Part shown: positions 58,701-64,000 of the stretch, piece after piece
How the letters are laid out: every line of letters starts with the position of its first letter
Numbering within the stretch: position 1 is the stretch's first letter
DNA from: Caecitellus pseudoparvulus
Taxonomy: Eukaryota > Protista > Bigyra: Bicosoecida
Length of the DNA stretch: 64,000 nt
Assembly (NCBI GenBank): GCA_965644315.1
Contig: CBFFRQ010000091.1
Span: 62,001-126,000, forward strand
Direction of reading: 5' to 3'
Notes under the pieces: generated by a model
Database searches by the model: none
The model's input: only the letters and a program-made list of their open reading frames with translations
What the model was told of the DNA's origin: nothing
Position numbers and translations under genes: made by a program

Positions 58701-60063
58701 TAAGGAGCCTGTCGATGTAGCTTGCATCCGTGACCCCCGCGGTCTTGAGCAGCGCTCGAGCCTTGGCCTTGCCGTTTCGTTTCGCAATCAAGAGTGCGCG
58801 AAGCGGGAGCCCCAAATTCACGACCTTGTGCTTCCGCACTGCTTCGTTGAACCACGCAGAGCGGATAGCCTTCTCAAGTTGCTTTGGAAGCCTCGAATCT
58901 GGCAAGTGCTCAGGGGCCTCAGACACCAACTTCCTGCTGTACTCGGCGGGGTCGTGTGCCGCCAGGCTTGACACTGATTGGTTACAGAGGTTGAACACAA
59001 TGTGAGTCCGCTCGTCAGGGGACTTATGGTGCTGCAACATTTCCATGGATGTGCTGATGATTCCACTTTCCTTCAAAATCTTCCACAGCTCGGGCCCCGC
59101 CTTGGCCTGTGCAAAGCAAAGGAAGAAGCCGAAGTGCAAAAATATCAGCAAACAGGCAAGTCAAATGCTCAACTCACTTCACATGCTTGCATAGCACTCT
59201 TCGTGTCTGCAATTAACTTTCGTCTCTTCGCTTGCTCAGCTTTCAGTGCCTTCTGCCTCTCCACTTGCTCAGCTTCCAGTGCCTTTTGCCTCTCCACTCG
59301 CTCAGCTTGACTTACCTCTCGGCGTCGATTGAGTTCTTCGTTCAGAGCGTTGTCTGCTTCGAGACGCTGCGTGTAATACTCCCCTGCTTTGGCCAGCATA
59401 TCTGGCAGATCTATGACCCAAGCCTTCGAGCTGGCGTTCTGCAGCTCGATACCCAGGTCTGTGAGGTAGTTTTCGCCCCTGGCCAGCCTCAATGAAGCAT
59501 TGATCGGAACGGACAGCAGAGACGAAAGGAGTTGCGTCTGCACGTCCATGGCATTCTTCTCCGTCCGAAGCGCGAACTCAAGTTGACGTATGAAGCCGCA
59601 TGAAGCGAAGGTCTGGAACAGGAGAGTGTCAGGAGGCGTCTGGGAAGAAAGCGAAGTCGAGTGAAGGGTGTGGTGACTCGCCCAAGCACGGCCCGCGCGC
59701 AAGGTCACGCACCTCCAGCTTCTCGAGGGCTGCCAGAGCCAGTCTTAGTGGAAGCTCTCCTTGTGTTTCTTCAAGCTCAGACAAAGCCACAAGCAACTTC
59801 TCCCTCTTCTTCTCCGGAAGCTGTCCCCACCATGACGTGCTCGGAAGCACATCGCTGGCCAACCGAGGCCCCTCCACTGCAGCACTAGCCACAGATGAAG
59901 CATGACGCACCAGGCTGGGTGCCTTGTGCGCCTGGGGTGCGTGTGGTGGAGGCCAAAGCACTGGAGCAGGAGCAAATTCCGCCCCAACACTGCGCAACGC
60001 CAACAAGGGCCGCAATGACGCCCCCAGGCCACGGGACAAAGCCAAGACAGCCTTCAAACTCAT
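55759..60063 (-). CDS. Crinkler/RHS (CR)-like P-loop NTPase + nuclease with predicted mitochondrial presequence, copy 2; exons 59713-60063, 59178-59612, 55759-59106 (1377 aa, apparently intact)
   Basis: Both introns are canonical and phase 0 (gtgcgt...ttccag, 100 bp; gtgagt...gcacag, 71 bp). It has the same Walker A/B, GGVPR, GQLFED and FPAVDF...FIETTIS..VH motifs as copy 1. Exon 3 is 3348 nt in both copies. Confidence 0.85.
59231..59307 (-). repeat. 33-bp (11-aa) coding tandem expansion specific to copy 2
   Basis: AERVERQKALE-AEQVERQKALK-AEQAKRRKLIA versus a single AERVKRQELIA in copy 1. Confidence 0.85.
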
Positions 60064-61331
60064 GCTACGCCGTCGATGTGTGCAGATTCCGACGATGCTC
60101 GCTCACTCGTCAAGGCCGTGCTGGTGCGGAAGCGTGCCGACTCCGAGCAGCGCAGAGCTGCACAGAGCGGAGGTGAGGCAGGGTTCAACACAATGCCCCA
60201 AGCGTACAGTACACAGGCTGTGCTATTTGAGTTGCGGGAATCCCGATTGTTGTTTGTTTGCTTCCATATCACCGTTGCACAGCCCTAGCAAGCCAGTTGG
60301 GACATGAGATGGTGCTTTTCGATGTGCGAATGATGTAAAAATGCGTCTGAAGGTGCAGACGCAAAGGAAGCACCGCCAAATCTTGAACGAAGACACGTGG
60401 CGCCTGCACTAGCAGACAAGACGAACAATGTGGCCTCTGAGATCCCAGCAACTCGTCCCTCGCTTCACTCGCCCCCCGCACACAACGCGGATGACGGCGA
60501 AGTATGTCAGCATTCAAACGGCCAAGCGCCAAACGACACTGAAGCCCCCACGAGGCATTCAACACAAGGAGCACGCTCTTGCACTTGTGGCCCTGTCGAG
60601 CACCGACACCGCAAGCAGCAAGCCTGCCTGCCAAGCTCTGCAAGCTTCCAGCGAGCAAGCTGCCGTGGCTACGATGTGGACGGACTCGCCCGCCACGATT
60701 GACGGATCTCACGCTACACCACGCAACGCACCGAGTCCAACAGCGGTCCATCTCACAAGCTGCACGGAGAGATGCTGTCCAAAGTGCGACTGAGTTGTGA
60801 ACCTCGTGCAGTGCGGGCCAGGCTGCAAGGTAGCATGCTCGCACAGAGGCCAGCCACTGCCGGGCCCAAGCCCCGAACACTGCAGACCACCAAGTGGCCC
60901 CTCCTCAAACGACACCACACAGCGTATCTGTCCACACAAAGCCCATTCCACGTCAAGCCCTACCCTGTGATACCCCCGCAGGGTCCTTGCCCGCAGAGAG
61001 ATTGAAGGCTGGCGCTGAGCTCGGCAGCCACGTACTTTGCCATTCTGCACCCACGACGGTGGTTACCGAGACCAAACCGTTAGCCCTTGCATCACAAACA
61101 CCAGGACACCTTTCTTGTGCTTTTAGTTTTCGTGTGAAGCGGCACTTGCAGCACTTCGTCAAGACGAAGAGACATGGATACCCGCACTCGATTCTATTTG
61201 CCAGGCCAATGCACCCCCCCTCCCTAAAACGAATGAGGCCATTGAACTTGGGGGTTCTGTGACGACTGCGGGTGCGTCGAGGGTGCTCATCTGAGCTGTG
61301 TGTGCAGACGTACCCCCCTGTGCAGCATGCG

Positions 61332-64000
61332 ATGGCTGCCCCGCTGGTCCACATGCATGTGAAGGCGGGCCACGGGCAGCAACATTTGCTGGAGCTGTTG
61401 GAGGGACAGGACGCAGGGGAATGTGCAGCAGCCTTTGTTCGGCGTCATGGCCTCCCAGATCACGCTGCAGAGGTGCTGACAAGCCAGCTGGAGGCCCAGG
61501 CTGCGGTGGCCCGGCAAAAGCTGGCTGAGACTCGAAACGCGCGCGGCGAAACGCTGCCGAGGCAGGCCGCAGCGCCTCCCCCCTCGTGTGCTTCAGGCCA
61601 GCAGGAAAGCATAGATGCCGATAGATCTGATACGTACGAGGCGTCCATGTGGCGGGGCAGTGACGCTGATGCAGGGTCGGTCAGCGTGGGTTCGTTGGGA
61701 GATGTGACTTCAGCTTTGGGCCTGCCAAGCCCAAACGTCGCCGTGGCACCCGCTAACTCTCCAGGCGGGGGTAGTGCCATGACTGCCAGCTCCCGCATGA
61801 TGGCCCAAGATGACTTTCAGCGGGAATTGCAGTTCAACGCGGTGCGCGAGGCAGCGGCGGCTGCCCTGGAGGCAACTGCGGCCAAAGCGCGCCGGCGCCC
61901 GCGCCCCCCCTCGGCGCCCACAGGCACTGACCCAGACGCCCCCATGCCGGCAGTGTACAACCGCCTGGTCAAAGATGCGCGTGACCGCGCGGCAGCAGAG
62001 CCTATGGCGGACACAGCGGAAGAGGCTCCTGCCAAGCCAGGGCTGCACCTGCGGCCACATCTGGACCGTGGCGCCCCTGAGTCGCCACCAGAGCACTCCT
62101 GGCCTGCCGTGCGACCGAGCAGTGAGCAGGATGCACGGAGTCTGCCCTCCTATGCTGCCAGCACGGTGTCACAAGGCAGTGCTGCGCAGGTGGCGTGGGC
62201 AGGGGGGCCGGGGGGGGCCGACCCGGGCAGGGCCGTTACTGGGTGGGTCTGCCCCGCCTGTGGCCACGCCAACTTGCCAGGGGAGGAGCTGTGCACTGCC
62301 TTGCTCAAGTGGGGTGCTGCTCTGCGGCACACTGACGGCCGAGTGCTGCGCTTCAAATCGGCACGGCGAAGGGGCGGCGGGGGGGGGACTGGTGCACCGG
62401 ACCCGCCGCGGGCGGTTAGCCCGCCACCGGAGCAGCCTGCATCCCCAGCACCGCCGGCCCCCCTGCCCACCTTTTCGTTTCCATCGCCTGACCAGGCTCT
62501 TACCGGCAAGGTGTCCCCGGCAGCCAGTGGGGTATCAGGCCACTCCCCCACCCAAGCTGCCGCAGCAAGGGCAAGTGTGCGGCCTGATGCACGGCCTGGC
62601 CCAGAGCGAAGCACACAACCTGGACCGGAGGTGGACAGGGAGGCAGCCCCCCCTTCGCCCACGGAGCATGCCGCCAAGGCCAGCCAGGGCATGTGGGCGG
62701 AGGATGTCATGCGCGGCAACGTGTTGGCGCCGGGCTGGCAGCGCGTGTGTGGCGCGCGCCGCCCGCACCACCACATGCCGCTCGTGTCCCGCCCCGCCCG
62801 CCCAGGCCACGTGCAGGCGCGTGCGGCAGCTGCCGCCCAGCGCAGGGAGGCGCTAGCACAGGAGGCCGCGGCCGCCGCGACCCGGGAGTGCACCTTCGCA
62901 CCGGCGCTGAACCGGCGGTCCCTGCGCCTGGCAGCCGCACGGGACAGGGCAGAGGCCGCATGGCAGAGCATGGCAGCGCAGGTGGGTGGCCCGGTGCCCG
63001 CCTCAGCCCGCTCGGTGCGCCAGGCGCCGCAGACCCTGCGTCTGCGCGTGACCAAGGCCCAGCCCGCCGCCGCTGGCGCCGCGCCCCCCCCGCCACAGGC
63101 CGCCAACACAGCCTGCCTGCACGCCCTGCATGCCGAGGCGGAGACACGGCGGGCGCGGCGGCGGCAGCTGCAAGCAGATGCTGCCGCAGCCGCGTCAGCC
63201 GCCGCTCGACCGCGCCCATCCCGCGCCAACGACGCGCTGGCCCAGGAGTTCGTGCGGCGCGTGGCGGCAGACACATTTGCACTGCTGGCTGCTGCAGCCA
63301 GGGTGCCTGCCGCAGACCGGGACCGGAAAGGTGCGGAGCTGGGGGCGTTGCTGGCACAATATGCAGCGGCGCTGCCGCCTGCACCACGTCTCTACCCCCC
63401 TGATCACCCGGGTGGCGCGTGGCTGGGCGTGTTGGCGCCGCCCCTCCAGCGCCACGCCAAGGCGGCAGTGGAAGCGGCTGGGCCACGGGGCGTGGATGTC
63501 CAGGGCTTCACCAAGGCATGGGTGCGGTCTCTGGCCCAGGCGCGGGCACGGGCCACGCGGGTGGTGCTGCCTCCAGGCCGCCCAGCCTGGGTCCTGGCTG
63601 GGAATGAGCTGAGGGCGCTGCAGCGGCAAGTGGTCAGGGCGCGGCAGACGCCGCCAACCTCCCCACCAGACACACCTGCCGCTGCGGAGCCATTGGCAAC
63701 CACCCAAGCAAGTGCTGCTGCCCAGGGCCACACGACGGCTGATGCTTCGTCCTCCCCGGCTCCCGCCGCCTCAGGCGACAGCAGCCAACATGACGCAGAG
63801 AGCGAGCCTGGTGATGTGGCAGATGCAGCTGGTGCCACGTACAAGCCCCGGCTCAGCCGGGAGTCAAGGCGCCTCGTCGCAGTAGCCCGGGCGGCAGCCA
63901 AGTCCGCTGGGGAGCCAGCGCTGCCAGTGCACGAGCGCTTGCTGGCTCAGGGCCAGGAGTACGCCAAGCGCGCCGCAGCGCAAAGTGCCAAGGCCGCAGC
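61332..64000 (+). CDS. Hypothetical Ala-rich protein with ECTF.P / VHERL-type motifs (possibly microtubule-associated), 3' partial
   Basis: Frame reads MAAPLVHMHVKAGHGQQHLLELLEGQDAGECAAAFVRRHGLP..., VYNRL, RECTFAPALNRRS, TYKPRLSRESRRL and VHERLL. It runs off the right edge, so it is absent from the ORF track. Confidence 0.65.
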   Translation, partial: MAAPLVHMHVKAGHGQQHLLELLEGQDAGECAAAFVRRHGLPDHAAEVLTSQLEAQAAVARQKLAETRNARGETLPRQAAAPPPSCASGQQESIDADRSDTYEASMWRGSDADAGSVSVGSLGDVTSALGLPSPNVAVAPANSPGGGSAMTASSRMMAQDDFQRELQFNAVREAAAAALEATAAKARRRPRPPSAPTGTDPDAPMPAVYNRLVKDARDRAAAEPMADTAEEAPAKPGLHLRPHLDRGAPESPPEHSWPAVRPSSEQDARSLPSYAASTVSQGSAAQVAWAGGPGGADPGRAVTGWVCPACGHANLPGEELCTALLKWGAALRHTDGRVLRFKSARRRGGGGGTGAPDPPRAVSPPPEQPASPAPPAPLPTFSFPSPDQALTGKVSPAASGVSGHSPTQAAAARASVRPDARPGPERSTQPGPEVDREAAPPSPTEHAAKASQGMWAEDVMRGNVLAPGWQRVCGARRPHHHMPLVSRPARPGHVQARAAAAAQRREALAQEAAAAATRECTFAPALNRRSLRLAAARDRAEAAWQSMAAQVGGPVPASARSVRQAPQTLRLRVTKAQPAAAGAAPPPPQAANTACLHALHAEAETRRARRRQLQADAAAAASAAARPRPSRANDALAQEFVRRVAADTFALLAAAARVPAADRDRKGAELGALLAQYAAALPPAPRLYPPDHPGGAWLGVLAPPLQRHAKAAVEAAGPRGVDVQGFTKAWVRSLAQARARATRVVLPPGRPAWVLAGNELRALQRQVVRARQTPPTSPPDTPAAAEPLATTQASAAAQGHTTADASSSPAPAASGDSSQHDAESEPGDVADAAGATYKPRLSRESRRLVAVARAAAKSAGEPALPVHERLLAQGQEYAKRAAAQSAKAA

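Larger units (their letters stand above)
55526..61229 (-). mobile_element. Duplicated ~5.7 kb unit, copy 2 (candidate selfish/mobile element)
   Basis: Colinear paralogue of 4815-11184, lacking ~750 bp present at ~10193-10940 in copy 1. Confidence 0.6.

Noticed and set aside
1-64000. tRNA, rRNA, DDE transposase, reverse transcriptase or virophage/Polinton genes
   Set aside because: None was recognised by eye. tRNAscan-SE/Infernal and HMM searches would be needed to exclude them.

Overview
This is GC-rich, very gene-dense EUKARYOTIC genomic DNA with short GT-AG introns. The gene set and style (HRDLSLEN-type kinase, EF-hand NCL exchanger, HMG-ISWI, CudA-like factor) suggest a stramenopile-like protist, which is an inference. 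About 19 ordinary host genes are present: NCL Na+/Ca2+ exchanger, condensin II CAP-H2, UNC-50, a Spo12-motif protein, a Ser/Thr kinase, an HSD17B7/Erg27-like reductase, a ~10 kb gene built on 60-bp and ~378-bp tandem arrays, HMG-box-ISWI, eIF5, VPS50, a CudA-like factor, UBC2/RAD6, CCT8 and several hypotheticals. The standout is a ~6 kb, lower-GC unit present twice in the same orientation about 50.7 kb apart (~4815-11184 and ~55526-61229), each copy sitting between head-to-head host genes. Each copy carries a 3-exon gene for a ~1350-1380 aa protein with a Crinkler/RHS-type P-loop NTPase followed by a restriction-endonuclease-fold domain. Its N-terminus looks like a mitochondrial presequence rather than a known CR header. 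The copies show patchy amino-acid hypervariability, an 11-aa repeat expansion, a shifted splice acceptor in copy 1 and a conserved upstream non-coding core. A recurrent AATGCA motif downstream of stop codons, palindromic between convergent genes, is a candidate poly(A) signal. Exon coordinates were read by eye and no database searches were run.
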